Origin: Blepharisma stoltei ATCC 30299 | Taxonomy: Eukaryota > Protista > Ciliophora | Length of the DNA stretch: 64,000 bases | NCBI GenBank assembly: GCA_965603825.1 | Contig: CBFDEM010000009.1 | Location: 248,001-312,000, forward strand | Reading direction: 5' to 3' | Part shown: one piece after another, positions 1-13,149 of the stretch | Layout: every line of letters begins with the position of its first letter | Numbering within the stretch: the stretch's first letter is position 1 | Program-made: the position numbers and the translations under genes | Notes under the pieces: generated by a model | Told to the model about the DNA's origin: nothing | Seen by the model: only the letters and a program-made list of their open reading frames with translations | Databases searched by the model: none

Positions 1-97
1 ATTGTTTGTTTATTTATTTTTGTTTCACAAAAATTCATGATTTTGCTATCATAATTTTAAATATCGATAAATTAAATAATCTAACACTATTAATAAC

Positions 98-1594
98 ATG
101 GACCAAAGAACCTCTGCAAGAAAACCTGAAACAAGAGAAAGACCTGAAATTTCATCTGTTTCTCGAGAAAAAGCTGAAGCTGCAAAAGCATATATTGAGC
201 AAAAATACTCCAAACTCAAGCGAGAAGAATCAGAAAAACGTGAAGGCTGAAACGAGCTTTCACGCAAAATGACTGAGCTGAGTCTCTCCTCCACAGACCA
301 AGAATTAATTAAGCAAGAAATCCTCCACAAAGAAGCAGAACAGCTTCGACAAAAACGAAAAAGGACGACAATTTATGATTTTGAGCCAATTGCTATCATA
401 GGAAGAGGCGCATTTGGAGAAGTCAGAGTGGTCCGCAGCAAGATTTCAGGTGAAATCCTGGCCATGAAGAAAATGAATAAGTCAGAAATGATAAGGAAAA
501 ATCAAGTCCAGCATATAAGGGCTGAAAGAAATGTGCTAGCTCTGGCGAATAATCCGTGAATTGTTGAGCTGAAATATTCTTTTCAAGACGAAAGATACCT
601 GTATTTGGCAATGGAATATCTTCCTGGAGGAGATTTAATGACAATTTTGATTAAGCGGGATATTCTTCCTGAGGCAGAGGCGAGATTTTATATAGCTGAA
701 ATGATAATGGCAGTGGATTCAGTCCATAAATTGAATTATATACATAGAGATTTAAAGCCAGACAACATTTTAATAGATTCTCAAGGACATGTAAAGCTCT
801 CAGACTTTGGCCTTTGTAAGATGAGCGAAATTCAAACAGACCATCCTTACGCAAATTTAAGGAAAATAGAAGAAGACATCAAAACAAAGCAATACATTGA
901 CAAGAAAAGTGACTATAAAAGAAATAGAGTGCTTGCATATTCTACTGTAGGAACTCCTGATTATATTGCTCCAGAGGTGTTTGAGAGAAATGGATATACT
1001 GAAACTGTTGATTGGTGGAGCTTAGGTGTGATTTTATATGAAATGGTTGTCGGCTATCCCCCATTTTTCTCTGATGAACCTTCAATTACTTGTCAAAAAA
1101 TTCTGCATTGGAGTAAAACTTTGGCGATTCCTCGTGAAGCGAATTTAAGCAGATCTGTAACAGATTTGATAAGAAGACTGATATGTGATCGTCAAAATCG
1201 CCTTGGAATTAATGGTGTAGAAGAAATACAGCGCCATCCTTTCTTTATGGGGATTAATTGGGAAAATTTAAGGAATTCAAGAGCACCTTGGGTGCCAGAT
1301 GTAAGTTTTATGTAGTTAAGAAGTGAAGTTGACACATCAAATTTTGACCAATTTGAAGAAGTTGAGCCTTTTTACCCTCCAGAAAGCGAAAGAAAGAAAA
1401 AAATCAGAAAGGATAATAACTTTATTGGCTATACATATAAAAAAGAATTAGAAAATCAAAGAACAAGCTTAGTAACAGCTCTTCAAGAGCTTGATGCAGT
1501 TAAAACTTCAGTTTCTATACCAATTCCCCAGCCTGCACAAAAATACAACAAGCAACAATTTATGATAAATTCTCAAGAACTTTATTCAAGTTAA
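98..1594 (+). CDS. NDR/STK38-family AGC Ser/Thr kinase (TGA=Trp at 248 and 557; 15-nt intron 1301-1315)
   Basis: [41 protein letters not shown] and C-terminal FIGYTY hydrophobic motif. ORFs 269-559 and 605-1315 join through TGA (NNP-W-IV). Intron gtaagttttatgtag. Confidence 0.93.
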
Positions 1595-2032
1595 ATATAA
1601 ATAATTAATGATATTATTACATTGACTTAAGCAATTTGATATTTATCTTTTTTGTTCTCATTAAAGTTAGGAAAAATATGGGAAAATGAAAAATCATATA
1701 AATCATTAAATAAGTATTTTATAATCTGTCTACTTATTTAGAAGAATTTATCCACTAAATAAAATGACCCATTAGGCAATAATTGTCTTATAGGAATTAG
1801 CAATATATATTACATTAACAATTAATTGCCTGCTACAATAAAATGACCCAATCTCACAAATGTTTATAAATATAAATTTTAAAATAAAAAATTATTCATT
1901 TTTACTATCATATTTTCTTTCTATTGCAATTTTTCTATTTGATTTTCTTTATATTTTATTAATTTACTATCATCCATTTTGATATGTATTTCTGTCTGCA
2001 CTCACTTAATTAAAGATGCGTTTTTCAATAAA

Positions 2033-2665
2033 ATGGAAGATTGGGTTTCTCGTTCTAATGTTTTGGTCACTCAAGGACTAACCGAATCCGATCAGCTCAA
2101 AAATGGTGACTGGCACTTTGAAGAAGAAAAAAACGGCATAAAAATCTATACCAAGCCTTACACAGCATCTCTTGTGGCAGGAAAAGGAGAATCAGAATTT
2201 GCTAGATCTGCTGAAGAGATGTTTAATTTCATCAGTAATTGGTCACTTGAAACAAGATGGGGCAAAGGAAACACCGCAAATCCAATTGCTGCACCTGGAC
2301 CTCTTAATTCTGAAATAGTCGCTGAAGAAGGAACTAGAAAACTTGTGTTTGTGGTTCTTCCAATGAAATGGCCTATCAGCAACAGAGAATTTATATATAT
2401 TTCAGATACCAGAATTCAAGGAAACTCATACACGATTATAGAAAGATCATTGGAAGTTCCTGAAGTTCCACTCACTGAAGGATGTGTAAGAGCAAACCTA
2501 AATATGGCGACAATATATATTGACCCAATATCTGATAATAGATGCAAGGTAACATTTTTAGTACAATTTGACCCTAGTGGAGACATCCCTGATATGGTGA
2601 AAGGAAAAATCCAAAAAGGATGGGCTGAGCTTGTTCCTGCAATTCTCCATCAGCACACCGATTAA
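2033..2665 (+). CDS. START (StAR-related lipid-transfer) domain protein
   Basis: W..EEKNGIKIY, PMKWPISNREF, DPSGDIP motifs; first ATG at 2033. Confidence 0.85.
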   Translation: MEDWVSRSNVLVTQGLTESDQLKNGDWHFEEEKNGIKIYTKPYTASLVAGKGESEFARSAEEMFNFISNWSLETRWGKGNTANPIAAPGPLNSEIVAEEGTRKLVFVVLPMKWPISNREFIYISDTRIQGNSYTIIERSLEVPEVPLTEGCVRANLNMATIYIDPISDNRCKVTFLVQFDPSGDIPDMVKGKIQKGWAELVPAILHQHTD

Positions 2666-2855
2666 GAATAATCACATTAAATAAAAAATTAAGAAATTCA
2701 TATTGCATCAAGGACGATGATTTCTGCATTGATTTCAATTTACACAATTAATCTGATTATTTAATACATTGTGGAAAAAAATTACTGAAGTAATATTGAA
2801 AACAGAAGCCTAACTCTTACTTAATTAAGGAAATTCTAATTTCATATATTTAAGC

Positions 2856-3707
2856 ATGGATAATTCTTTTAATTCTTGCAAGCAAGAATGGTTTGAAAAA
2901 TATGTTGCACATATAGCAGAGCGGGAAAAACGAGAAAGAAATCTGATTGATACAATTGATTCTTTAGAAAATGATTTAAAGAAGCTTGTAGAAGAATTAA
3001 TTAAAGTAAATCAAGAAAAAGAAGTGATAAGGCTTCAATTAGAGATCATGGCAAGCGAAAAAGAACTGCATATTGAAGAGCATGCTATTGATGCAAATAA
3101 TTGGAAAAAAGAAAGAAAAAGGTTGATTGAAAGCTTTGAAGAGGAGAAAAAACAATTAAAAAAGCTATATCATCAAGCACTTCATGAAGCAGAAAAGTTT
3201 AAAAAGCTGTTTGAGGAAGTACAAATTAAAAAACACACAAAAGAGGATAATTTAAAGAAAAAAATTGAATTGAAAGCTGGGGAGTATTCAAAGATTTTGA
3301 CTGAAAAAGAAAAAGTTATTAGAGTAAATGCAAATTAGGATTTACAAATAAAAGTTCAAGATGCAGATAAGCCTAAGTCAAAAGCATCAAGATTAAACAC
3401 TTCAGCAAAGAAAAAAGTCTCAAAAAAGAAGCATCCAAGCATGAAAAGGCTAAACTCTTGTGCAGTATTAGACGCCCTAATTTCCCCAAGATCAGGCGCC
3501 AAAGGTGATTCCTTCGAAGACATAAGTGGGATTATTATTAATCTAGGAAAAGAGCAAGAGGTTTTAAAAGAAAAAGTAAGAAATCTTGAAGAATCTGCTA
3601 ATTCCCGATACTTGGATTTGAATATTTCAAAGCATGATGACCGATCTAGAGAAATTGGAAGATATCTAGACTCAAACAGCCAGAAAATAAAAATAGAAGA
3701 TTTATAG
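2856..3707 (+). CDS. Coiled-coil protein of unknown function (15-nt intron 3324-3338)
   Basis: Heptad-rich ORF 2856-3338 joins ORF 3441-3707 in frame after removing gtaaatgcaaattag. Confidence 0.75.
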
Positions 3708-3741
3708 TACAAATTTTATAAGGATGTTTAATAATAAATAA

Positions 3742-4461
3742 TTAATTTTTACGACGTGTATAATGATCATATAACACAACTTGGGCATATTCATGAGTTG
3801 GTATTTCAATCCTTTGTGTGTTATCTCCAGGAGATTCTGCATCTGGATCAACGTTTATGATTTTTCTATCTCTTTTATTCTTAAATTGCAAGCCACTTTC
3901 GCTGTAAGTGTCTACTCTAAAATTTGGGCTTTCATTGATACTTGTCTTTTGTCCATCCCAATAATAGTAGCTTAAATCCTGAGGAGTCGGCAGCAATAAT
4001 TTCGTCCCATTAAAATACTCTTCAAAGTTTTCTGTCTTTAATCTATGGTTATAATCAATATATCCTGATATTTCTCTTTTTTTATTTCCTTTGAATTGCA
4101 GATCTCTTATAAAAATGATTGTAGTGAGTCGGCCGTTGCGGACTTGCTCTTCTCTTTTGGCTAAGGCTTGCAGAAAAGGCTTTCCTGTCAGATCTTTATC
4201 AGCGCTCGCTAGTTTCTTTGGCACGTTTTCTTGTTTGGCTTTTTTTGCTGCTTCATTGTCTCTCTTCCGTTTTTCGAATTCATCTCTAGTGAGGATTTCC
4301 CCTTTTCCTTGGATTCCAAGCTCAACAAGCTGTCTTGCAAGATCTTCATCTTCTAAGTAATAGCGATCTATTTCGCTGATATGTGAATTCAAATAGCTTT
4401 CATATGATTCAAAATCTTCTAAGGAAGTATCGACTCCTTCTCTTTCATATTCGTCTTCCAT
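3742..4461 (-). CDS. CFAP299: Cilia- and flagella-associated protein 299 (DUF4464 family)
   Basis: FESYESYL...D.YYLEDEDLARQLVELG, LAKREE.VR.GRLTTIIFIR, EISGYIDY.HRLK, FKNKRDRKIINVDP, YDHYTRRK. Confidence 0.88.
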   Translation of the reverse strand: MEDEYEREGVDTSLEDFESYESYLNSHISEIDRYYLEDEDLARQLVELGIQGKGEILTRDEFEKRKRDNEAAKKAKQENVPKKLASADKDLTGKPFLQALAKREEQVRNGRLTTIIFIRDLQFKGNKKREISGYIDYNHRLKTENFEEYFNGTKLLLPTPQDLSYYYWDGQKTSINESPNFRVDTYSESGLQFKNKRDRKIINVDPDAESPGDNTQRIEIPTHEYAQVVLYDHYTRRKN

Positions 4462-4815
4462 TTTTAGTTATATTTCTTTTAAGTTTAATTTGTCGAATAA
4501 ATATTATTTGTTTTGAAATTAACTTTCCCGAATATCTTTTTCAACTATTTTTACGATTAATAGCTAATTAAATAATTTAAAGATTTATTCATAGGATAAG
4601 CAGCTATTTAATCATAAAATTTTAAAGCCATTGATTTATATCAACGATTTAAAAAATAAATTGCATTGAAATTTTCACCATAACGATATTTTTAAATTTC
4701 AATCCTATCCAACTGAAGCACACAAAACACATTAAAAATCACAAAAATCTTGATCTTTAAAAATCATCAAGCATTTTCGTAAGAAAAATTTATCTCTATA
4801 TTATAAATTATTAAC

Positions 4816-6180
4816 ATGGATCGCTACAGAAAGCTTCGAAATTTAGGAAGAGGTCGTTACGGTGAAGTTTGGCTTGTTGAAAGAGAAGATGGTGCCTTAG
4901 TTGCAATGAAAAAGGTGCCTTTAGAAACTGAACAGCCCAATTGTAAAGAGGTAAATGTACTGGAGCAGCTAGACCATCCCTATGTGATTCAGTACCATGA
5001 AAGCTTTATTGATGACAGCTATCTCTGCATTATTATGGACTACGCCGAAGGTGGAGATCTTGCTGCTCGAATTCGATCAGTTAAAGATCAAAATAGCAGT
5101 TTTAACGAGACTCAAATTTGGAAGTGGGTTGGACAACTCGCTGAAGCGCTAAACCATATTCACAACAATAAGGTTATTCACAGAGATCTAAAAAGCCATA
5201 ATATTTTTTTAACAAAAGACGGAGGTGTACAAGTTGGGGACTTTGGGATCTCAAAAATCCTCAATTTCAGCGATGAACTTGCTGTGACTAGTGTAGGAAC
5301 ACCTTACTATTTGGCTCCAGAAATATGCAAAGGAGAGCCATATGATAATAAAGCAGATATATGAAGCTTGGGCTGCATTATATATGAGCTTTGTACCTTA
5401 AAACGGCCATTTGAAGGAGAAAACCTTATAGCAGTAGTTAATGGAATATTAAATACAGAGCCAACTCCTATCCCAGAAAAATACAGTGAAAATTTAAAAA
5501 ATTTGATTTCATCCATGCTAAATAAAAGCAAAGATCTTCGGCCTTCAGCATCTGCAATTTTGGCGATGCCCAATTTTAATTTTACAGAGGAGCGCAAAGA
5601 GCTCAGCATAAACATGAGGAAAGTCAAAAAAGGCTACCAAAAAGAAATTTCTATTAATATCCCTACCCCCACTCACATTCCTCATAAATCAAACCCAATA
5701 CATCCTACATCAGCTCCATCTAGCCATAAGCCAGAAACTCCTATTGATTCAGCAAATGTTCAGACAGCTACCCATTCCCAATGTGCTAAAAAAAGTCCTC
5801 CGTCAAAAAATGACGGCTCAGCGACGTCAAGGTCTTCACAAAGGTGCTTTACTTTTTCAGAAAGTATATTAAAGCAATGCCCAAGCTCTCCTATTAGGCC
5901 TATGCTGATGGGAGACTTTTTAAGAAGCAAACTAGGAGATGACATTTTTGTAAGAGTAAGAAGAGTCCTCATGAATACCAAAGATCCAGCAAAATTAATA
6001 AGTGAAGAGCCTTGAATAATTTCTGACATCTGTGGAGAAGAAAACTTGAGTATTATTGACGTGGGGATTGCATTTGATGCTTTTAATTTAGATAACCAAG
6101 TGCCATATCCACCAACAAGTACAAGTAAAAGGGTGAATGTAAGGACTTTTTCGAATTTAAGTAGAAAAGCTAGCCAGTAG
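4816..6180 (+). CDS. NIMA-related (NEK) kinase (TGA=Trp at 5362 and 6013)
   Basis: HRDLKSHNIFL, GDFGISK, VGTPYYLAPE, ADI-(TGA)-SLG at the invariant subdomain IX Trp; ends at TAG 6178-6180. Confidence 0.92.
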
Positions 6181-6312
6181 TTAGCTGTAAAGATATTGAT
6201 ATAAGTATGGTAATGTTAAATAACATTTTTAAAATATTATCAAAAAGCTTGTGATTATTTATAATAAACCAAAAAATGATTTCTGCAATTTTTAATAATA
6301 ATTTCGCAGAAA

Positions 6313-8379
6313 ATGGCAGAAAATTTATCATCTATTGGGTTTTCTATTATGCTTGATTTTTGTATATTTTTGGTTCTGTTTATATTATTTCTTATTTATA
6401 GAAAACTAAGAAGTCAAAATATTGAGTTAGATCTTGGCGATAACGAATTTAAAGAGCCTTGCATGAATGAAGCGAAATATAGTTTATCTGAAATTTCATG
6501 GATGATAATGAAACTATCTGATCTGGAAATATCAGGATATCTTGGCGAGTGAGGATTCTTGTATATAACTCTTCATAGGTATATATTATACACATTGTAT
6601 TGTATTGGATTTTTTGGCTTATGCTTTCTTATCCCAATCTACTATTATGGAAGCTCAGATTCTTATAAAGATTTAAGGCAATATAGTATTACTCATATCA
6701 TTAAAGATGATAAAGGACTAATTTTGCCAGCATTGACAATTTTACTTTTTTCACTTGTGGTTTATTTTTTTGCAAGGCTTTATTATAAAAAAGCAGTCAA
6801 TTCTGATTTTGTGATACTAGCAGATTTACCTCAAGATTACGTTGTTTATATTTCAAACATTCCAAGGCAATATGGGCCAAGAGATTTCAGCCATAAGCTT
6901 CATTTATGATTGAAAAAAACTTATGGAAATGGAATCATGAATGTCTATGTGGTTCCAGATTATGGAGAAATTATTGAAGATTATAAAAAATACGAAGAAC
7001 TTTCTCTGAAATTAAGCTATCTTTTACACCAAGAACAATTAGGGATAGAAGGAACATCACAAAAACTATCTGATGAGGCTAATCCAATAAATCTCATTGA
7101 AAATATTAAATCAAGTATGGAAGATATTGCTAAAAAGATAAAAGAAAATATAAATAACTCACAAAATACAAATTCAGGAGCTGCTTTTGTTATTTGTTGT
7201 AACAGATCTTTATCTAGAGAACTTGCAGAGCCATATACTATAAGGAATGATTTATTTCAGAGTTTAGATTGACATAAAAATGAAACCCCTGCTCCTTCAG
7301 ATATTATATGAGAAAATATAGGCACTCCGGAAAATTATCATAGTTACACAGGAATTTGTATTAATTTGCTGTTTATTGTTATTTTTCTTGTAATTTTAAC
7401 TCCTTCGTCCTTTTCTCTGTATATAAGTACAGGGCTTGAAGAGATAGGAGTAAGATCTTCAATTGGGAATGCTATTGGGATGTATTTGCCTTCATTATTT
7501 CTTCTAATTTACCAACAAATTATCTTACCTCGGGCTGTATCTTATCTTGTAAAGCTAGAAAAGCATTACAATTCAGCAGAAGCTACAAACAGCTGTCTTA
7601 AAAAATATTTATTTTATTTGGCATTTTATATATTTTTGTATCCAGTCCTTGGACTACAATTTTACCAAATAATTGAGATGATTTTAACCTCAGAAAATGA
7701 CTGGAAAAATGAACTTGCTACAAGCATTAATGCTGCTGGCGAATTTTTTACAATTTTTATGGTCCATCAAGCATTTATAAAAAATGGTTTGGATTTATTA
7801 ATACTCCCAAAATATGCAAAAGTCAAGGCAAAATCGCTGAGAGCTTATACAGAAATAGAGAAAGCTTTAGCATATAGTGCAGATGATTTTGATTTTTCAA
7901 TGGAATTCGCAGTTACCTTGAATACTTTAATTATTTGCATAAGCTTTTCTATAGTTTATCCGATAATTCTGATACCAAGCATCATTTTCTTTTTTATCCG
8001 AGTATTTGCTATTTAGTATTATATACATCTCCACAACCTTTTATGCGTTTATTATGTAGATATCACTTCCTCAGCATATCCCATCCTTTTTTCTTTGCTT
8101 TGCGGAATGGTGGTATCAGCTTATTTTATGCAAATTATGACATCTAGTACTATGATTCTAAGCGGAAAAACTGAGTGGCTTGCAGCAAATTCTGTAATAA
8201 ACTCGTTTGGTTTAATTTTATTAATTGCTTTAATTGTAGTTTTTTATACTCTGACTGGCAAAGGAAGAAAGCCAATTTATGACGAAGAAGTAGAAGAAAA
8301 GACAGTGATTAAAATTGATCCAAAACTATATCAGCATCCAATTGATGTTTTAATTCTAAATTTAGATAATAGTGTATAA
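6313..8379 (+). CDS. OSCA/TMEM63 (CSC1-like) mechanosensitive cation channel (TGA=Trp at 6550, 6907, 7270, 7309; 15-nt intron 8002-8016)
   Basis: Multi-pass topology; SGAAFV; APSDII-(TGA)-ENI matches the family AP.P.DI.W.N motif; FS..YPII. Intron gtatttgctatttag. Confidence 0.88.
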
Positions 8380-8823
8380 ATTTCACTATTGAGCTATGGC
8401 GTTAATGTGTTTTTAAGTATTTTGTGTGGGCCTCATTTTTATAGCTTAATATATCATTCTTTAATTAGGATCCATTCAATAATAATTACATTTTATCGAC
8501 AATAAGATATTTCATATAGTGTTTTTACTTCTCAGTATAAGTGATTATGCTAGCACACTTGATCTGTCTTTACTCAACTATTGGTGCCGATATCAGCGAG
8601 ATAATTTATTCCTTGTTTGAGTTTTTTATATATAACATGAAAGCAGCACTAAGCCTATGCTATTTTGGAGAAGCTGATCAAAGTCTATTTCTACAGTGCT
8701 AATAGAATATCTTGCTAAATATTCATCAGAAATATGATCAATAAGACGAAAAACTTCTTCATGGTGCATGCGGTCTCAAAAAGAATAAATAATTTAAGCT
8801 ACAATTTTTCTAAATTTTAATTT

Positions 8824-9780
8824 TTATAATAGCTTCTTCAACTCCGCCTCAAGATCTACAGATTTCTTCGAATAAGCAATCAAACTAAATGCTATAATCC
8901 AAACCATGCTTAAAATTGCAATAACAATTAGCGACCATCCTAAAACCAAATTTTTCCCTCCAATTCCTGTTGTAGTACTAAAAATAACCCACTTCTCTCC
9001 ATCAAAATCGCTATAATCTTCATAATTCGAAATATTAAGTCACATATCTTTCCCATCCAAGTTCTTATCAATTTTCCCATAAAGTTTTCTTACAGTAGAA
9101 GTAGCTGAAGTCCTCATCCAAACTTTAAAATGTGGATCTTCAAAGTCTTTATATTGCTTTTGCTTATAGTCATCAGAATTTTTGTATTTTGAATCATCAT
9201 CAGTAAACCAATGAATATCATTATCTTCAATTGTAATATTGTTACCACTTTTGTCAATGAGGTAAAACTTATCTCGAAATAAGCTAAAAGCAATAAGACC
9301 GCAAGGGTTGACGATATCATGATCTTTAAATTTTGAAACCCCATCAAGCTTTGTTATTTTATTGCGCTTATCATCGGGATAATCATCTGCGCGGAGGTAA
9401 GGAGAGCAATATTGACAAGAAGAGGAGTCATAGGATTTATCTGCAAGTTGGTTTTGACAATATGACTTGACGTATTTTCGATGATTTTGGAAGTAGTTTT
9501 TCAGTTCGAAATAAAGGTAGACTGGCTTTGATAACTTGTCAGTGAAATTTAATCTGATGGGGCAAATTTTATTAATTTTATCTTCACATATATCGTCATA
9601 ACGAGCTTTGTAATCGACGATTTGATATGAGTAGGATAAAAGGACTGCTCCGAGTATGAGAGATATCACAAAGACAACAGCAAATATGCAAATTGCACAG
9701 AGAGATGTAGGAATGCACATGACGTACCGAAATTCCAGCTGCCTCCATCCTCCTTTTGGCTTCCTTGACTGTTCTTGCAT
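8824..9780 (-). CDS. CDC50/LEM3 family P4-ATPase flippase beta subunit (TGA=Trp at 9040-9042)
   Basis: PVYLYFELKNYFQNHRKYVKS, NPCGLIAFSLF.D, HFKVWMRTSA...RKLYG; read-through gives GEKWVIFSTTT.IGGKN..LG and the C-terminal TM helix. Confidence 0.92.
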
Positions 9781-10609
9781 TTTTGTTTATATATAGATAA
9801 ATTAAGATATTAACTTTAATCAATTTTTTACTTTTTAATCTTAAATATCTTAAATTTGACTAGATGCTATAGATGAGAGATTTGAAATTTTATTAAGAGT
9901 TATTATAAAAAACTAAAAACTTTTTACAAATTTTGGAAGATGGAGAAATAGAAATTCTCTGGCACCACCACAGTAAGATTAGATCCTAATTCTGTGCTCG
10001 GAGTTATACTATATACAGCATTGGTATTCAAAATAATGGTTTAAGTAAGATAATGCTAATTAGAGTAATTCATAATTTATTGAAACATTAATCCATAACG
10101 TTTGAAAATTCAAAGGTTTAGATAAAAAAATTTAATAAAATAAATTTTTAGCTGCAGCGTTATTAAGTTTAGGGCTGTATGATATTTAGATTTTTCAAAG
10201 ATAGATTAATATGCATGAAGAAGATTATGAGAGCTAGAAGTAGGCTACCAAGAGTTATGTTTAAAACGCTAGATTAAAAATAAGAAAATTCACGAATTTA
10301 TAAAAATGGGAAAAAAATTTTGAAACAGTGGGTAAGCAAGAATGCAAAATTGTCATTTTTGCATTTATTATTTCGAATATTAATTTATTCTTTTAATATT
10401 TTAAAAAATTCAAATGTATTCATTCTGCTATTTAAGCAGTTTCAAAAAAGTAATAATTCGAATAGCTTATCCAATATATTTTACAAATAACCAATTTCTT
10501 TTTGGTACAAATTATAGATGCTGATCGATTTCTTACGGATTTGCTTATAGTCTCAGCCCCTTAGTCCATAAGTAATTTTACCGAGTTAAAATAAATCATA
10601 TATAAAAAT

Positions 10610-11971
10610 ATGGATTGGACAGCAATCAAAGGCCTCGTTGAAGAAATGATTGATTCTAAACTCTCTCCACTTCAAGAAACCATCCACACTCAAAGAACAT
10701 ACCTCGAGGAGCTTATTAAGAAATTAGAACCTAATGGAAAAGATTCAAAAAGGACTGGGTCAGCTGGCAAACCAAGGCTTTCAATAAATGTTGGGGATAT
10801 TTCTCCTCCTGAAAAAGATAAAAGGCCTAAGACAACACGTGCAACTACTGGTAGAGCAACCAGCCCTGTCAATGAAGAACTAAAAAAAGAAAAGGAAGAA
10901 GAAGCTAAGAAAAAGGCTGAACTTAAGGCTCAAAAAGATCTAGAAATCAAAAAACACCAAGAAGAAATCAAGAAAAAGAAGCAAGAAGAGCTAGAAAAGA
11001 AAAAAGAGCAAGAAGAAAAGAAGAGAGAAGCCAAAGAAAAAGCAAAAGAAGAGGAAAATAAGAAAAAAGAAGAGGCAAAGAAGAAAAAAGCCGAAGAAGA
11101 AGCCAAGAAAAAAGAAGAATTCAAACAAAAGCAAGCTCAAGAGGCTGAGAAAAAGCGCAAAGACATGGAAGAGAAAAATAAATTGATAGAGGAAAAGAAG
11201 AAGAAAAAGGAAGAAGAGAAGAAAAAAGGAGGAGAAGAGGAGAAAAAGGAACCTAAAAAGAAAGAAGAGAAGAAAGAAGAGAAGAAAAAAGTCCCTGGCA
11301 AGAAAAAAGAAGAAACCAAAAAGATTGAGGAAGAAAAGAAAGTCGAAGAGCCAGCTCCTGTAGAAGAGGAAAAGAAGGTTGAAGAGCCTGTCTCTGAAGC
11401 CATAGATGAGCCTTCTTATAAGACTTTAGAAGAAGTCCAAGAAGCAATAAAAAAACTTACCTCAGAAAACCCAGAACCTCAAGAGCCAGCCTTTGAACTA
11501 TCAGAGAAATCTAAAGAGTCATTAAAAGCTCTCAATGAATTAGAAGAAGAAAAATTTTATCTCGAAATAACCCCTCCAGAGGACACTATTTTTGTATTGA
11601 GACTTTTCTTACAGCTCCTAGGGCAAAAAATCCAGGAAAATAGCGGAGAAGCTTGGGCTCAGTGCCAAGATTTCTTAAGGGATATAAAGAACAAAGATCT
11701 TCATGAAGGGAAAATATTGAGTGATGTGATTGAGGAAAAAGCCAGCTCTTTTGATTTTAGCTTTGAGAATTTAGACAAAGTTGAAGAAATTGCTAGAGGA
11801 AATCACGCAAAGTTAAATCCTAATTATCATGCAAGTACTTGCGCATTAGCAGAAAGTCTTTCATTCGTTGTGCGAGATGCTCTAGTATACGGAGGCATTG
11901 CAAGAGGAGAAGGACCTTCAAAACTCTATAGTTGGCTTTTGCATAAACAAGCATTACTAACAGCTAATTAA
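10610..11971 (+). CDS. Lys/Glu-rich charged helical protein, unknown function
   Basis: 453-aa ORF with a long EK-rich helix and a globular-looking C-terminal region. Confidence 0.75.
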   Translation: MDWTAIKGLVEEMIDSKLSPLQETIHTQRTYLEELIKKLEPNGKDSKRTGSAGKPRLSINVGDISPPEKDKRPKTTRATTGRATSPVNEELKKEKEEEAKKKAELKAQKDLEIKKHQEEIKKKKQEELEKKKEQEEKKREAKEKAKEEENKKKEEAKKKKAEEEAKKKEEFKQKQAQEAEKKRKDMEEKNKLIEEKKKKKEEEKKKGGEEEKKEPKKKEEKKEEKKKVPGKKKEETKKIEEEKKVEEPAPVEEEKKVEEPVSEAIDEPSYKTLEEVQEAIKKLTSENPEPQEPAFELSEKSKESLKALNELEEEKFYLEITPPEDTIFVLRLFLQLLGQKIQENSGEAWAQCQDFLRDIKNKDLHEGKILSDVIEEKASSFDFSFENLDKVEEIARGNHAKLNPNYHASTCALAESLSFVVRDALVYGGIARGEGPSKLYSWLLHKQALLTAN

Positions 11972-12139
11972 TCGTATTTAATCAAAATTTATTAGTCAGA
12001 ACCAGGCCTTTTCGAATAAAATGTCAACTTGCCTATTTATTAGCTAGCATTAATGCCTTTTCTGCATTCACAGAGTAAAGTCAGCAGGGCTCTTTCTATA
12101 TCATATTTTTAAAAAAAACTCCATCATAATAAAACTTTA

Positions 12140-12919
12140 ATGGGTTCTCAAACAAGTCGCCCAGAAAGCAATCAAACCAACTCTTTCATCCACGCCCAAA
12201 AAGACCTTGACAGAACAGACAGCCTCAACCTCGACGATACAAGCCAAGGCAGCTCAATTGCATCTTCACTGGTAGAAAATACTCCTGTTCAAGACCCCAA
12301 TATAGTTACAGTCACTTTCAAGTGGAACCACGGCGGCAACGAAGCATTTATCATTGGCTCTTTCAACAACTGGAAAGAACGTATCCGAATGGAAAAAAGA
12401 GGCAACGAATTTGTCCTAGAAAAACAACTAGAACGAGGAGTTCACGATTATAAATTTATTATTGACAATGAATGGAGATTTGCCCATGATCAGCCTATAA
12501 AGAAAGATCAACATGGAAATATTAACAATTGGATAGATACAAGCAGCATCCCTGAGCCAAAATATGAAGCTGAGGACCAGAAAATGATGGGGAATATGTA
12601 TACACAGGAGCTGTGCGCTGATTTGACAACTATGGACCCTGACCCGCTGCCTACACATTTGCAATATGTACTAGCTAATCACTCTAATTCTTTTGATTAT
12701 AGGCAGAAACAGACTATTCCGCATAATTCTCCAATTACGCAGACTAATGCAGAACTTGCAGGAGAAAACAATTTGCCACCTAATGAGCTGCCGATACCGC
12801 CACATGTGATTTTGAACCATGTGGGTGTAAGGGCAAATGAGCGTGTGATTGGCCTTACAACGACTCAGAGATATAGGGAAAAATTTATCACGACTGTTTA
12901 CTATAAGCCAATTAAATAA
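12140..12919 (+). CDS. AMPK/SNF1 beta subunit
   Basis: MG myristoylation start, CBM48 (FKWNHGG..FIIGSFNNW, YKFIIDNEWR), ASC domain (PPHVILNH, TQRYREKFITTVYYKP). Confidence 0.93.
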   Translation: MGSQTSRPESNQTNSFIHAQKDLDRTDSLNLDDTSQGSSIASSLVENTPVQDPNIVTVTFKWNHGGNEAFIIGSFNNWKERIRMEKRGNEFVLEKQLERGVHDYKFIIDNEWRFAHDQPIKKDQHGNINNWIDTSSIPEPKYEAEDQKMMGNMYTQELCADLTTMDPDPLPTHLQYVLANHSNSFDYRQKQTIPHNSPITQTNAELAGENNLPPNELPIPPHVILNHVGVRANERVIGLTTTQRYREKFITTVYYKPIK

Positions 12920-13149
12920 GATAGATTTTAACATTAAAAGAGAGAAGTCTTTATGATATAAAAGAAAGAGCTGATCAAATGTTATATCAATAAAGCAATC
13001 TCAAAATTTATTTAAATCAAAGTATGGTTCTTTTCCTTAAACAAAAAATCTTCATTACACTCGTGAATTAAGCTCAGGCTCAATGAGATTAAACTATGAT
13101 AAATCTGAAATCAAAGCTAAAACTTTACCTAAAAAACACAATCTGATAA

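Noticed and set aside
10690-11447. Antisense Phe/Ser-rich ORFs in the ORF track, here and opposite other K/E-rich genes
   Set aside because: Shadow ORFs of purine-rich coding strands.
11990-12110. Possible C/D snoRNA on the minus strand between two genes
   Set aside because: CTGA boxes are present but there is no proper RTGATGA C box or terminal stem.
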